A stretch of 64,000 nucleotides of DNA from Ruditapes philippinarum (lineage: Eukaryota): the NCBI RefSeq assembly GCF_026571515.1, contig NW_026864813.1, forward strand, positions 248,001-312,000, in the 5' to 3' direction. This document shows positions 38,471-53,600 of this stretch, one piece after another. The position numbers and the translations under genes are program-made. The notes below the pieces were generated by a model, which was given only the letters and a program-made list of their open reading frames with translations, ran no database searches and was not told where the DNA came from. The first letter of the stretch is position 1; each line of letters opens with the position of its first letter.

Positions 38471-40765
38471 CCTAATGGTGTGTGTATCCTTGTCTTTGCA
38501 GTGTGCCATACAATTATTTGCTTGAAAATTTTAATATAAATTCGACAAGTATACAACGATACTATTGGCATATATATCCCTTAAATGTACTTGTAGCAAA
38601 TAAAAATTAATGATTAAGGATCGTATGAATTATTATTGCATGTAATACAACAGAACGCGGAAAAAAATAAATAAAAATAATAATTTACATTTTTATGAAT
38701 TTTAATTACATGTAATACTACAGAAAGTGGAATAAATAAAAATGATTTAATATTTTCCTAGTTTTAATAAAGTATATGTTTATGTAAAGTATATAATACA
38801 AATATAAGATGATCCTAAATTTTTATCCAAAATCCTATTTTTAATTTTTGATTCAATACAATGAGATACTTTTAGACTCTGCAGGAGAGAAGAAATGTAA
38901 TTCTTTTATATGATAGAAACGAGATCGAAACAAATCACGTGATCAATTATTTTAACTAAATGTCTAAGAAACCGTTATTGATATGTCTAAGTATTTCAAT
39001 ATCACCATGTAACGTATACCTCTGTAAGGAAGTTTCATAATCAAATTCGCGGCAATAGTTCTTAGTTTAATTATGTTAATGTCGAAAAGGCATTTGTTTT
39101 ATATTGACGATAGGATCGTGTCAAATATGTTGCACTTCCTTTCAGTATTTAAACTTATAATAAATTTGATATTTTTGCAAAATAAGGTGAACAGTTTTAT
39201 TTTATTTTTGGGACAGGAATAATTAATTCTCAGCAGGTGGCGGGTTGGGATGGGAGAAAAAAAGAACGAAAAAACGCAAACAAACGACATGGTTGGTCTT
39301 TTATAATAAAATCACATGACATTATGGCATCAGCTTAACAATATCAACGGACAATCGTGTATATGATTTGATTAAAGGTATTTTGCAATGTGCTGTTATA
39401 ATTTGACAAAAAATGTCGTTTACATTGCTCTCCCTTATTACGCCACAATTTCCGTTATTTTTTTGAAAGTCAATATTTTACAATTTGCAATTACGTTAGA
39501 GAATCTATTAGGTGTTCACTTAAATTAGTATTATATTTATCTTTTTATTTGTTTATTTTGGAACGCTCGTTGCCAGCTTCATTTTCATTATGGGTTAATC
39601 GTTTCGTGAATGTATTTAAGACAAAAACACTAATATTGTAAAATTATTTGTTTCTTCCTTGGGGTAACAAATGTTAGTTTAAGGCCCAATATGCCTCAGA
39701 AATGCTTTTTAATTTTTCAAAAGCCTTTTATTTTTATAGAATAAATTAGTATATCCAATAATTCATGATTTTCAATGCCCTTTTGCGTTCTAGATAAATT
39801 GCCATTTCCGCAGAGAGTCATCCCAAATAATTTTAAGAATTTTACATCTCCGTCTTTGTTAATAAGTACGGCGGCTTCTGCTTTGGTTTTCTAGGTACAC
39901 ATTTTTATACACGTATCTCACACATTAAACATTTTTTCAGCATTGTAAAGTTTCTGATAAAGTCACTTAATGTGCTTCGTCATCAGTTTATAAGGAAGAG
40001 TAGGAAAAACTTTACTTCGTAATAAATAAATATATTGCCTAGATCAATATTAATATTATTCGTGATATCATTCACGAAAAGCATTACAAGTAGAGCAAAA
40101 CTCGGATCATCTTGTTCTTGACAATAAGAATTTCATGTGTGCGGCCTGTAACCGGTCAAACGGTTTAACAATACATTGACTTTATAGTTTAAGCGAATAT
40201 GCATTGCGTTTAATTTAGCGAAGTCTGGCTTAAAATCCACTAAAGAAACAAAACAAATATATTCATGATAAATTGTTATTATGTACTCAAATTAAACACC
40301 ATTTATCAATATATATTTGTAAACATTGGTGTTGGTTATTACACAACATTTAAAACGGTTTCATATTTAAAATGCTTAAAGTGGTTAATTGAGATTTGTT
40401 AATAATTATTATGTTCAGGAAGAAAGAACTATAAACATGTGCTATAGGCAAATTTCTGAATAAGATAGAATGGTTGTTTGATATACTTATCTTTGGAACG
40501 TTCAAAACAAAACAAAAAATCTCCCGTTATCTTATTTCTTCTCATGATTTTACAATAAAGAAGTTAGCAGATGTTTTAAGCCAAATATGTTCCCATTGAA
40601 TGGCTTTGAGAAAGAATTGGGAAAATTGAAGATGCCTATAATTGTATTTACAAAGGATGTGTATTTATAAATGTTGAACATTAGTCACTTAAATTCATGG
40701 TACAGAAGAATATGGACGTGGTCGAATTTACTGGTAAGTTCGCCAAAAATTGTTCTTGCATTTAA

Positions 40766-42031
40766 AGCGGCATGCCTGCAGTTGAGATAACAGATTTCAG
40801 GAAAATCAACCTTGAGAAAATGTACTAAGATGTTAAGAAAATTAAACAGAATTAATTTTCATCTATTAATCTCCGTGTTATGTGCAACTACTTACTACAG
40901 TTTTCTGCAGTATTTACTGCCATATTTCTACTGCGCAGTAGGGGCTATTTTTGCATACTTTGACTTCTTTTGGATAATGTACGTGGATTGTTAGTGTTGT
41001 TTAATATGTGCAAATAATTCTATTTGTTCACTTCACAATTACATATTTTTAAATTTTCATGAAATTGTGCATGAATTTGCCAACAACTCTGCAGATTTTA
41101 TATTCCCCCTATCTGCAATGGAATGTTAAAATTGTATACTGAAATCTGGAAGACATACAAGACTTGCCACTTTTAGTTGTAGGGATGGCGGAGATAAAAT
41201 AAAAATTCTGTGTGTCAGGTAATGGAAAATCGAATTGTGATTTGTGAATTTCCTTTTATGTCCATACTATTTACCATCAATTATACTTGTGTTATTCCAC
41301 AAAAACCTTAGGTGTTTAATTGCAACTTTTGTTCAGTTAATATTTCAAATGAAGTTAAGCTTTTTGTTCGTACAAGCTTTGCGAAGTATGTAAAGTCCAC
41401 GAACTGACAAAATAAGTCTGAAAATTTCACTTCACTTCTTGTGTTATACATTCAATTTACAGCTTCAAACATATCTAAACTGTGATAATTTCATTATGTA
41501 AATTTAATTATATTTTCCGTATAAGTTAATCAAAGCATTTCCATTAAATCTTTTTTAAATGTAAATAAAAAGAATTAAAATAGGCTCCTTTAAAAATTAT
41601 AGTCACAATTCAAATTGCGGCAGCAAAAAAGTCTGAACCTTTTATTGTACATTGAGAGAGGTCTACTACATCACTTTTATTGAACCGTGTTTTTATAAAT
41701 TAAAATTAAAGCAGAATGCCTCAAGATTCATGCTGATTTTTATGAAAATTTCCAAAAATGTATTTAAAAGTAAAATATTTGGAAATGAACAAAGAAAGTA
41801 ATTTACACATTGCAAATGGCATTTAAATTCATGTAAATTAGCAAAAAAGGTCAGAATCCTGCGTTAGTAAAAGTACGTTAATAAATACTGCAAAAGTAAG
41901 TCGTTAATCGCACACAGCATTTTAATTATTCGGTGAATCTTGAATCCGTTTACTTTTCTTAAAATCTCAGTTATAATTTTTTCAAGTTTGATTTTATTGA
42001 AATATGTTGGCTCATCTGGAGGCATGCTGCT
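40766..42031. mobile_element. Non-autonomous TIR element with TTAA TSD and AG...CT ends (Kolobok-like), long degenerate TIRs
   Basis: ttaa-agcggcatgcctgcagttgagataacagatttcaggaaaatcaaccttgag matches the reverse complement of ttcaagtttgattttattgaaatatgttggctcatctggaggcatgctgct-ttaa. Confidence 0.75.
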
Positions 42032-42609
42032 TTAAAATCACAACCAATACATTTTGGGACACCCTCGTAAACTATAAATAAAAAACATGATACTTTAATT
42101 TTTATTAAACAAACGTAATACACATCTATGTTCAGATATTTAATGAAAATGGACTAAAACAATAAATAAATCTAGTGAAACATAAGCATTATTATAGCTT
42201 TATCATAGTTCATAGCTAGAAGCTCCTTTCAAGCGAAATATTTTACTAATTTAAAAACACAGCGAAAATAAATTAAACAGAGGGAGTTCACTTAATGTAT
42301 AGTTTAAATACAGAAAAAGCCCACCTCAACATAATGAAAATCTTGTGGAATTATTAGTCAATTTATAGAAACAACTAGGTTGACGTTTACATTTCCAAAC
42401 GTTTTAAAATGAAACGTACCCAAAGGAAAATATAAATTATCTTGACATGGTCTTGTCGTGAATTTGACCTTATACAAATAAAGTTGAATTAACCAAACGG
42501 TTATTTAAAAGACACGGAAACATATTAATAAGCAATAAAAAGCACACCAAACAACAAAGCTCAAAATTATCTATGCAAACGGTTGTTTATTATCCTTTGT
42601 TGACGTCAT

Positions 42610-45600
42610 TTACTGACTGGGATTCCTTTGCTGACGAAGGTGCCTCCACATAGATTGCACGTTCTCTTTTGTCAACTTGAATTGGACTGGCTCATTCTTG
42701 TACGGTATGAGGTGGACATCTGTCTCATCCAGTTCATTGTCTGTTACCATATAAGCTGAAAAATTGATACAAAATCACCGTGTATATCCAGTAAGTCACG
42801 AATGTGCAAATAACGCAGGAATTGTGCAAACGTAACGCAAAATTGTGCAGTTTTGTGGCCAAAAGGAGTACCACGAAAAAAATGAACCAATATTTGTTTT
42901 TTTTATTGAAAATCAAATTTAAAGAAATGAAAAGCGCATACAAATGTTGAGATATTATGTGTTAAACCTCATCTGAAATATTTCCATGAAAGTTGTTTTG
43001 TGAGAACGATGACAAATCTATTGGTGGCGACTTTATATAATTACTGATATTATCAAAACAGTAACGTACCTATTACACTATGGTTTTTGATATTCAGTGT
43101 ATCGGAGACTTTTGCTAAACTACTCTGGTGATATTACACTTAAATAAGCAGATACAATATAACTATGAACGGTTTAAAGAGGTAACGCCGAATTCGTAAA
43201 TGATTCAACGAAGCAACGCTGGTTACCTTATCAAAATTACCTGAATATTATTTTACGTACTTCGTTCTATTGTTATTCGACACCAGTATTTTGGCAAATG
43301 TCTATGGCTTTCCGATTACGAAGTAAATAAAATTTAAATTGCGTTAATGTATTGATTTATTTCGACGAAACACTGACAAGCAGTGAGAGTTAGTCAGCGA
43401 GTGACACACATTGAGTGTTAGTGAGAAAGAGGCATACAGTGAGTGCTAGTCAGTGAGTGATATCATACAGTAAGTGATATAATGTGAGTGATGTAAAGTG
43501 TTTTATATACAGTACGATATATAAATTATATTTCACAGATTTATTTTAGAAATAACTGATATAACTACTGAGAAAATGACAGTATGAAGCTTATTCAATT
43601 ACATAATATTTGCTACTATATCAAATTACAAAGTAATAATCATATAACTTATAATTGTAACTTCCACCGTTGATTAATATCACATAATATAAAGAAGATG
43701 ACGGCGAAGAACATAGTGATTTGGAAATGGCAAGGGAGAGTACTAAAATAAAGTTATTATGAGAACCTTTCTTAACCAATATTACAAGTGTAACATTTTG
43801 CTAAATTGTGTCTGTCCATGAAATCAAAACTTTAAATTATAATCTATTACAAGGGTATCATTTATACAAAATTATAAACCGCAGAATGTAAATAATCTAA
43901 TAAAATGGCATAACATAATTGGTAAAGTATTTGCAATTTTATAAGGAAACATTCACACTTAATTTAATAGTATACATTTCTTACCTCCAATCCAGAAAGG
44001 ATCTGCTTTTGATACGGGGTTGGACATTATTCTGAAGTAATTGATGGAGTTGTCTTGCTTGTTCAAAACTGAGGTTGTAATTGACGAAATACTTCTTCTT
44101 GCCAACTTTTAGCCACTTAGGTTCAGCTTTATCTTGAGTAAATATGTAGTAAGATAATAGATATTGCTATAAAAATTATAAAAAATGAAATAAACTAGAA
44201 AAAGCCATGTATTTGTATTCTTTAAGTGACATTATGCCCATCCAAGGGTATATAGTGAGTGAACAGGTGAATATCAAAATAAGTTACATTTTGCTCCTTT
44301 TAATTTAATAATTTACTTCCAATAAACAATAAATAATGCACAGATCCAAATAAATTTTAAGTAAATATCTATTAGAATTTACCCAAAACGTCAGTTTATA
44401 AAAAGAGTGGGACAGTCTTTTTATATTTTAGGCAGATTCATAATTTTATCCTGAACGTTTTCCAATATCAACTGTTGGTCACAAACACCATTTTAACAGT
44501 CAATCTGTTGAAATATAAAGTCAATTCAGCTGAATTTGACAACGAAAATATGACCATAATATCACTTTAACATTCAAATCTGAAAAAGTGGCAAAAAGGG
44601 CTTACCCGACATTTTCGAGAGAGCAAGCATTGCTGTTATTGCTTCCGGTTCTGGCTGCCATTGAGGTCCAAATTGCGATGATGAATGTGATTGCCATTGT
44701 GGTTTAGCTTGTTGTTGCTGTGTTGAATGCCATTGTGATTTTTGACTTGCTGTAGTAGAATCAGACAGTGTTTGTCGTTGTGGTGTAGATTCCAATGGTG
44801 AACTGCCATATGTTGTAAATGACAAGGGATGTTGACGTTGCGTTGTAGGTCGTAATGATGATATTTGTTGTGGTAAATGTGACCATGTTGAATGCCATTT
44901 CGCTGTAGATGGCGATGTCGTTAGTATTGTTGACGTTTTTCTTTCACACAGCATTTTGATACGTGCATTTGCTTTTCTCGCTTGTTCGACTTGAACATAC
45001 GGTCCTGTAAACACTGTGGTATTTCCTGATCCATTGTTTTGTGGGCATGTAATGCCTAGGTAAAAAATGAATAAAGATATAAAAAGTCATGAAGAAGCAG
45101 ATCATAGTTATAATATCAATCTATCTAAGGAATTATGGGCCTGAAATGTGGTAGATTTAGTAAATAGGGCTTTAAATGTACGATATTCATGTACATCTGC
45201 GTTGAAACATTTTTGTTTTAGCTCCATTTTGATCTCGGCCTTACAATATTTATATTTTTCATATCGATTATATACTTATCACTACAAGTTGTATGTGAGG
45301 TAACATGGACATCAACAAAGTAGGATACCTAGGCCGAGATCTTAACCATTTTACGAGTCCTAGTCCTCATGATATATTTAATTTTTAAATAATACTAGTA
45401 TATAACTAATCTGAATCAATATTCAAACATAGCACAAATTGGACAGTTTCTCAAAATAACTAAGTTGAATAAAACAGTACCAGTATTCACTTATCAAATT
45501 TTGGATGACGATACCGTAAGTGACTTAAATAGAATTCGAATATTCAAATATATTAGAATTTAGCAAACCAAATATTCAAGTAATGATTTTGTATTCATTC

Positions 45601-48600
45601 CAATCCCCAATTTAAAGCATTACCAGAATTTTTCAGCCAGATTTCGAGAGTCATCATTCCAGTCAATCCTAATTTCGATGCTAATATTGGCATATATAAA
45701 TTATCATTGGGTGTTACCATAGTACCATACCACGTTGTTTCACATAATTGTTTGGCTTCACAATACGTGTATCTATTCTCAGATACCAAATACGATGTAT
45801 CGTTTTTTCCTATATCTATCCATTCTGTGAATATAATATATACAAACAAATAAATATTGTCATCAATATTGACCTGAATCTGATTAATTGTCATTAATGT
45901 TTCATAATTCAAGTTACACAATGGGTGATTTGCATGCACAATAATAAAGTTTTCAATTTTCGCAAAATATAATGAAGAAAGAAAAAAAGATATATTTAAA
46001 CCATGTATACCATTATACCATACATTGAAAAATGGAAGATTTACTTCGCAATCCGATAATTTCCGGCAAAAGGTTATTCAATATTTCAATGTTTCCGGTC
46101 AATATTGCCAAACAAAATACATGTATAATAATTTAATAATCATTAATTACATTAAAGGAAAGTAAAAAAGGAAGAAAAAAAAAGAAATTAAACATTGTGT
46201 TCCATTCATTTTGCCAATATGATAAGATAGCATGTTAAATAGTATTTTAAAACCGTATTTCTTTATGATCAAATAATATCAAACAGTATTCAATGTAACA
46301 CCTACATTTATTGAAATAAAATCATATTTATTAAAGAAAATAAATGTACCATCAAATTTCAAGGTATTGTTTGCAGGCAGATGACACAACGATTTGTTCG
46401 TCTCACAGATGGGGTGCATTACAGAAGTGCATGACACATTTTCTTCTATGCTTACATTATGTTTGGAAAATGTAATCGTCCTACAGACACCGCTACCTGT
46501 AATGTGTAGAAATAATTGGTAAACAATACGTTAAATATAATTAAAGAAATAATAATATTAATAATTATTGTGATTGTATTAATAATAATAACGAAAATAA
46601 TAATAATGTACATATTTAAGCCCACAACCAATTTGCAAATTTTGCAACTGTCGACGTTATTCTTGACATGCCATTTCCTAGTACTTTATATGTTAAAATA
46701 TACTGAGGTTTCCGGCCGCTTACACATTTTCTCCTCTGAATAGCAAACGGTTCGAAACCGCGGCAGGTTGATTTCAAAATATTGTTCACATCAACGTATC
46801 AAAAATACAGAAAAATATCAATATTTCGCTTACCATACTGGCTTATCCAATATGGTGACTGTTCTAATTGCTCAAATAAGCAAGCAGACAACAACTCCTG
46901 AATTTGTTCCTTTTGCTTTGATCCAAAGTCCACTGGTTTACTTGCATGTCTCGAGAGACAGTGAGAGGGCAGGTCTTTGTAAGTTATCTGTGCTGGACTC
47001 ATAAGGTAGCATGTGTCAACACATAACTGCCATTGCCATGTTCCCCTATTTGTGTCTGCACCTATATTTAATTAATAATCTTATATCAGTTTTGTACGAA
47101 AAATTATAGCATGAGACAGACGTTAAAATGTGATACACATTAATGTATCACCTCTTGAATGGATGGATGAATTAATTAGAAATAGAATAAGTAATATGTC
47201 TTTGTAATTTTGTTTTGTTTAAATAAGCTATTGAAATACTAGTTTATGAAGATATAATAGAGGGATTCTAAACAAACATAAATAAAATTGAAAAGTATGA
47301 AATAACAGATCGTTTATCATTCTTTTGACGTAAAGACATAAAATGTGATATTCTTAAGAGCTATCGTTATTTCACACGACAATAAAGCTCGAAAACAAAG
47401 TGAAAAATGCGGAAAAGCACAAAAAGTGATACGAAATTGTGCGACTTTGCACATTTTTTTTGCTTTTAATTTGGCGTGACCAATCAATGGCAAAAGGCGT
47501 GGACGTCTAACTTCACGTCACCATCCCCCCACAAAAATCCCGTTATAACAACCCTTTTTCGTCCAATCGATGCTATAATGAATACAAAATGAGCAACAAC
47601 ATGCTGTTACAATGAAACTTGCAAAAGAATAATATCTTTTTGCCCCTGCCGCCTTATGATTGGCTCTCGGCCAGCTTTATCACTTCGTGTAACCTTTTTT
47701 TGTATTAATACGGACTCGATTGTTGAAGCTTAAAACTTAATGTAATAAATAGAGGATATTGAATGAGGGTAAGTTTAATACTGAATTTATTGAACGAGTT
47801 GATGCGAGGCTCTGGCGAACATTAGATTTTTTATTCGACGAGTTCAATAAATTCAGTTACTGTAATGAACCTACACGAATTTAATATTCTATTTATTACA
47901 TACCAAAAATAAGGACCGAAAAAAAGAGTCATTTTTACATTGACGCGCCTACTTATAGCGCTAAAATTTAGCGCGTCTTTACACTATGTTTGTATAACGC
48001 TAATGACATCACGTCAAAATATATATGCACGGCCGTGCAATACAGTTTTACAGAGTCACAATCTCGGCACAGGTATGTGATAAAAAATTATCATTTAGAT
48101 GTAGCAATGTCGAATCTATTAAGCGCCTTTCGGATCGTGTTTCCGCGCTTTAGCTACGCCTTATTACACTTTTGTATTGCCCTTCGTGGACTTTCTTTGT
48201 TGCGTTAAATATATTTGAGATATTAATATGAAATTCTTACACTGCTTAGAAGAATGAGCAACAAATAAACACAGAAAATTTCATGTGAGTAGCTTCTTAC
48301 ATTACAACAATATTTAATTTTACATAAACACATGTCGGCGACAGCGGCTTACTCCAAAAAGTTATTGACGTCAACATCATAATATTAACGTACAACTTGT
48401 GCTTCAACATTACGCAGTCAATGAATGTTACTGCTTCTCAAAGTAATGTCCATCACTAAATTTCGTATGCCACTTTAACATTAATGATCGTGAAATTCTC
48501 TTTTCTCTGTTTGTCTGCTGATTTTTATCAAATGTTTTTGTAGGTGTCATTCCCAAATTACAACAAAAATTTATGATCGTTTTATGATCGCGCGATTTTC

Positions 48601-49253
48601 TAATTACCGCGTGTCCGTCATTTTCCCGGTGTAAACAATAAAGGCGTCTGGCATTTCTAGCGATATCAACAAAAATAAACGGAAATGACGTCCATTATTT
48701 CAAAAAAATTACTTAAATAACATCATAGAAGAAACATGCGATGTTCAGCGGGTTTTCTACGTTAAATTATTATTTTTTTAGCAAGAAATATACGATGACT
48801 TACTGCGCTTTTCGACCGTGCGCCGGGTGCCGTGTATGTGCGTATTTAAAAGCAATATAAAATCACTATTTATTGACACATTAAACTGTTCTCAAAATGT
48901 GTTGATAGTATTTTATGATGTATGATGATGAAATTTCATTACAATACAAGTTGACAAGTTTAAGAGATATTTAAAAAGTCCACGAATTTTTGGATAACCC
49001 CTCGTAGGTTGATCCTACTTAATAATGATGACCAACACAGTTATAAATAGAGATGTTGAAGAGAAACACATGTTAAGACGAAGCGTATAATCAACCATTG
49101 AAATAAAAGAAGACCTTGTATAAATTCATTTTTCATTTTGCTTTTTTAAAAGAAAGTATTTCATTTCATAAGAAGGAAGAAAGATAAAATTAAAAACTTA
49201 CATTTTAGAAGAGAGCCTATTATGTAAATGTAGAACCATGTTGCTTGCATCAT
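42610..49253 (-). CDS. Gene C: tandem paralog of gene B (secreted multi-CTL-like protein), with an apparent +1 frameshift in exon 6
   Basis: Exons 49253-49202 (MMQATWFYIYIIGSLLK), 47061-46834, 46496-46350, 45824-45624 (201 nt, same length as B exon 4), 45055-44606, 44126-43985, 42755-42610. Same 7-exon phase-1 layout and motifs as B (PVDxGS, PYWI, CRTI, PICE, YTYC.AK, GPYV, LALSK.S, WLKVGKKKYF, FWIG, TDNELDETDVHL). Exon 6 is 142 nt, one base off frame. Confidence 0.78.
47750..48085 (+). repeat. Dispersed repeat (probable non-autonomous transposon), second copy at 56650-56945
   Basis: Both contain gtttaatactgaattta.tgaac..., cctacacgaat, gcgcctac, cacgtcaaaa...tatgcacggccgtgcaa and ggt.tgtgat. 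Confidence 0.75.
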
Positions 49254-50624
49254 TACTGTAAGACTTTGCAAAAACATTTGAACGTCGCCGAATCTCACTT
49301 AACCGTGCTGGTTAAGTTTTAGATTAGTATTACTATAGAATATATTGACAATTTGACATTTCTAAGGCCTATTAAGCCTTGAACAAACTTAATTCATTGA
49401 TATTTTACCAGGTCATATTTAACGACGTTAATTACTTTTAATTCATTTTAGTTTTAATACATGTAGATATGCATTTTGAAGTACCTTTCAATGTCAGACA
49501 TATGCCGACATATTGTTAGATTTCTCATTTCCGGGGCCAACGCCATGAAATGTTTCCATAAAATTATGAATGGCTATATTGTATTTACACATAATTCGTG
49601 TCAGATTAAGGGTGAAAGTTTAATTTGTTCAATACATCAATATCCACATAATATGGGCCAACTTCACAGATCTCTTATACTTGATCAGCCAAATTCATTT
49701 AAAAGATGAAAGTAAAAGCTTAAATCAGTGAAATAAATGATCTATACAATATCCCTTTGACAGTAGTTCCTATTGACAACTTTAACAATAAAAATTGAAC
49801 GAAAATAACAAAACATATTGAAATACGATTCAACCTTAAGTCTTTAGTCATGGCGCTAATTTTCTGTTTAAACATTTTTTCACTAGTGTTTAAAAGTGTT
49901 TTTTGATAATTAATCTAGTACATGTACTAAGATACAAAAAATGAGCCATCTTAGTATGAATATAGAAAAGAATTGAACACCTTTTAGAATGCCCAAAAGA
50001 ACGACATATGGTCGCAAAGTAGAACATTAAATTTGTCCTAAACGACAAAAAAATGGAAAACTAAATAAACAGAAAAGAAAATGTTTCAGAGTAATTCAAA
50101 GGTAGATGATTTCTGCAATTATGGTTGATTAAATGTTGAGAAAAAAATATATTTCAATTTGAAACGTATTCAAAGTTTTTACTAACGTTATTGCAAAGAA
50201 TGTAATATGATATTTTTAAAAACGAAAACCATTGCTTGATTTGTAGGTTAAATGTATACATTTATATATGTACACGTAACATAAATCTATTTCAAAAAAA
50301 TTCTTTCGCACATGCCAAATATAAATATTAATTATTTACAACTGTTACACTGTTACATGTACAACCAAAGTTAAGTTGGATTAATTGTCTTGCAAAATTC
50401 GTAAACATAACAAGCTATCTCTTGGTTAAAAACAACAATAATAACATCCCTTTCACTTATTAATCTGATTTTATACAAATATGCCGATATTCTGGCTGTT
50501 AACATCTTTATAGATCACAATAAATGTTGCTGTTTCTTTAACAAAAGAGAGTTGAAATATATATTTTATGTCTTAAAAAGTATTTAATTTCATGTTATTA
50601 TGCATCAATATCAGGACATTCGGG

Positions 50625-53600
50625 TTAATCTGTGACTGGGATTTCATTAACTGTTTCCTCAAATCTTGATTCTTTTGCTGTGTTTTCAAGTTTATCTGTT
50701 CCATTCGATCCACTTTCTCTCTTTATTACATCTTGACAGTCCTAAAATATATTGCATATTAAGAGTTTTCTCGTCAGGCGATGTTTAATTGTTTATCTTA
50801 ATATATGATAGAAAAAAATCACTAATTTAATTTCCTAACAAAGTAACACAACAAAACAAAAAGAAAACAAAAACACCCAAATGAATCAGAGAAAACCAAA
50901 AATGCAACAAACCCCCATTCCTGAAAGCAACAACAATAACAACGAGAGGAACGCTACTACTACTGCTACTGTTAATACTACCGCTGCCGCTTATGCTACT
51001 GATACCGCTACTAACGTTACTACCGTTACTACTACTTTAATAATGGCAAAGTATATATTTTTAAGTGACAATTGCAACTGTATAGGATACAAAGCACCAT
51101 GGAAGTATTTTTTAATAATAAATCAAAATGGTAATGTTTATCAGAATAATGTTAAATTGTTCTCATTATCGTATGTCTTTCTTCCCTACAAGTATGATAT
51201 TATTATACAAATAATCATTAATTATTCATTTTTTATGATTCCTTGAATTATTTAAAAGCGTGTGTTCAATCGTAATATTTTTTCTACGCAATTAAGTCAA
51301 TTCTTTGGGGCGAACTATGTTAATCATTGAGTAAGGCCAATCACACGCCATAACAAAAGCAATTACCTTATGACATTGGTCAGTTCTCCAACATTTTTGT
51401 TCCACAACAGTTGCTGATATGCTTATTACGATTCCTATCAATTGCAAAACGAAAACCAATAACATATCAGATACGTCAATCGGCTTAAAATTTCCAAATA
51501 TAATTCCACCTAAGTGTCCGGTTATGAAACTATCTTCTGATACTTTATCGCAAGTATTTGATGATCGCCACCACTTATCCATTATGGCAAAGAGCTTTCC
51601 AGTTTCCGTAAGATTTGTTATTGCTTCTGATATGTCAGAACAAAGTTGTTGTCCTTGATTGTCTCTACGACAAGCTAGACCGTAATCTATTTCAAACAAT
51701 TTTTCTTGTAAAAGCATTAGTTCACAATTTTGATTTATCACCTTTTGTCCCTCGTACCCTTCTACAACTGCTGCAAAGGGTTTATCAATGTCCATGACTC
51801 TTTCAACAGCTTCTTCAATGTTAGAATAATAGGTGTATCTTGAGCGAATATGTCTATTCATTAATATTTGCACGTTATCATTTAAGTTGAGTGGCATCTC
51901 ATACCAGCCACCGTATTGAACATCAGCCTGTTTTGACATTTGGTCAAATGTTTTAAACGGAATGACTGGTTTTTGTGTAGAAGAGAACAATATATACGCT
52001 GCCAATGAAGCTATATATGAGACAATAATTAGTAAAGAAAATGTCCAAAAAAATACCGATGAAATCCTGCGAGCAGTTGAAACAGGGTGTAAATCTCGAG
52101 TGTCTGCAAAATGTAGAAGCAGAAGATATTTCATTACTTGGCATTTTATGTTATAAACCTGGAACATGCCTCAGTCATGAGACTGTGACAGATCAAACTA
52201 CATTTATATGGAAAAAAAAGAAAAAAAAACAACAAAAAAAACCCCCACAAAAAACACACACACACATACACAAAATCCGATATCATAATAACATATCTTT
52301 ATAGAATAAACAGAATATATCGCATAAGGTAAAATATTGATTTGTGGGAAAGCCTTATAGAAAGAAGTACACACCTTTGAGAAGAAACAAAGACAAAGTG
52401 TAATGTAAACTTTGAAAAGCGCTCTGTCCATCTGGTTGACTGTGTCGGTCTATGATATATTGTACAGCAGCTGATATAAGCAAAGCCGCAATGATACACA
52501 TCCAAAGAGCTAGTGAGAAAGGCATAAAGAGCAAGCCAAAGCTTTGAGTTCCCTTTATATCTGGATGCCGCATCAATATTTGAGCCCCAGTTGTTGCGAA
52601 TGGACTTGAGAATGCCACGACACTAGATCTGATTTCTGATATCATTAGATCGGCGACCGCTAAATCAGCTGTCTGAAAACGATGTAAAAATACATGAAAC
52701 ATAACATATTTTTATAATTAATCAAAACATTTACAAAACGGATAAAAACGTTTGTATTAACACATCACTAATAAGTACGGTTTTCAAAAAATCCAAGATT
52801 GAAATTTAACTGTATATTTTCTTTTACAAGTTTTATAACCAAAAAAAAAAAAAAAGATATCGAAGTTGAAACTTAGAACAGCGAATGTAAAAATACATAA
52901 GGTAAAGAATTTTATCTTGTTAGCACACTTTATTCAATGGGCTCGAGGAATAAATATGACTCGCATAGAAAGTAAACATTTAATTCGAAATTTAAGCATG
53001 CGTTAATAAGGTACCACGGACAATTAAGAAATATATAAAAATGTACATTTGAGACTAAATCCCCAATCACGCCATTGACTTGAATGCCTTCAGCTGTATA
53101 TTTTATTCGTCCGTACTCTTTATTTGGACTGTTGTCAAAACTGAACGTGAAGTTCGCAATTTTTGTAATCTCTTCGAGTAAGTCGACTAAAATACCTTCA
53201 TATCCAGTTTTTGCCGCCATCATCCATGGATAATTCTGGAAAAAATCTTATTACAGTTAATCAAACACTCCTATGATATTACAGTAATGGCTTTTCTAAG
53301 TTTTGAAGACATTTTGTGGATTATGCATTAGAAACATCTTTTCAACTTTATACATAAAGAAAAAGTCGATTAATCACTTCATTAATATAATATAACATAT
53401 GCATATTTATTTCTTTAAAACTGATTATTTTGACAGATTAATCGAGTTATTTCTTTAGAATTTCAAGAAAAAATAGTAATCAAAGGATTTCTTTCGATGT
53501 CAGTTGTCAGTTAATATCTTCATACAACAGGTTATTATATCCTTAGTCTGCCGGCGGCAGCATATATTTCCCATGCGACAAGCGGATACCTAGATCAGCC

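Noticed and set aside
48240-48285. Alternative signal-peptide exon for gene C
   Set aside because: Hydrophobic stretch before a GTAAG donor, but the ATG frame hits a stop and the open frame has the wrong phase and no start.
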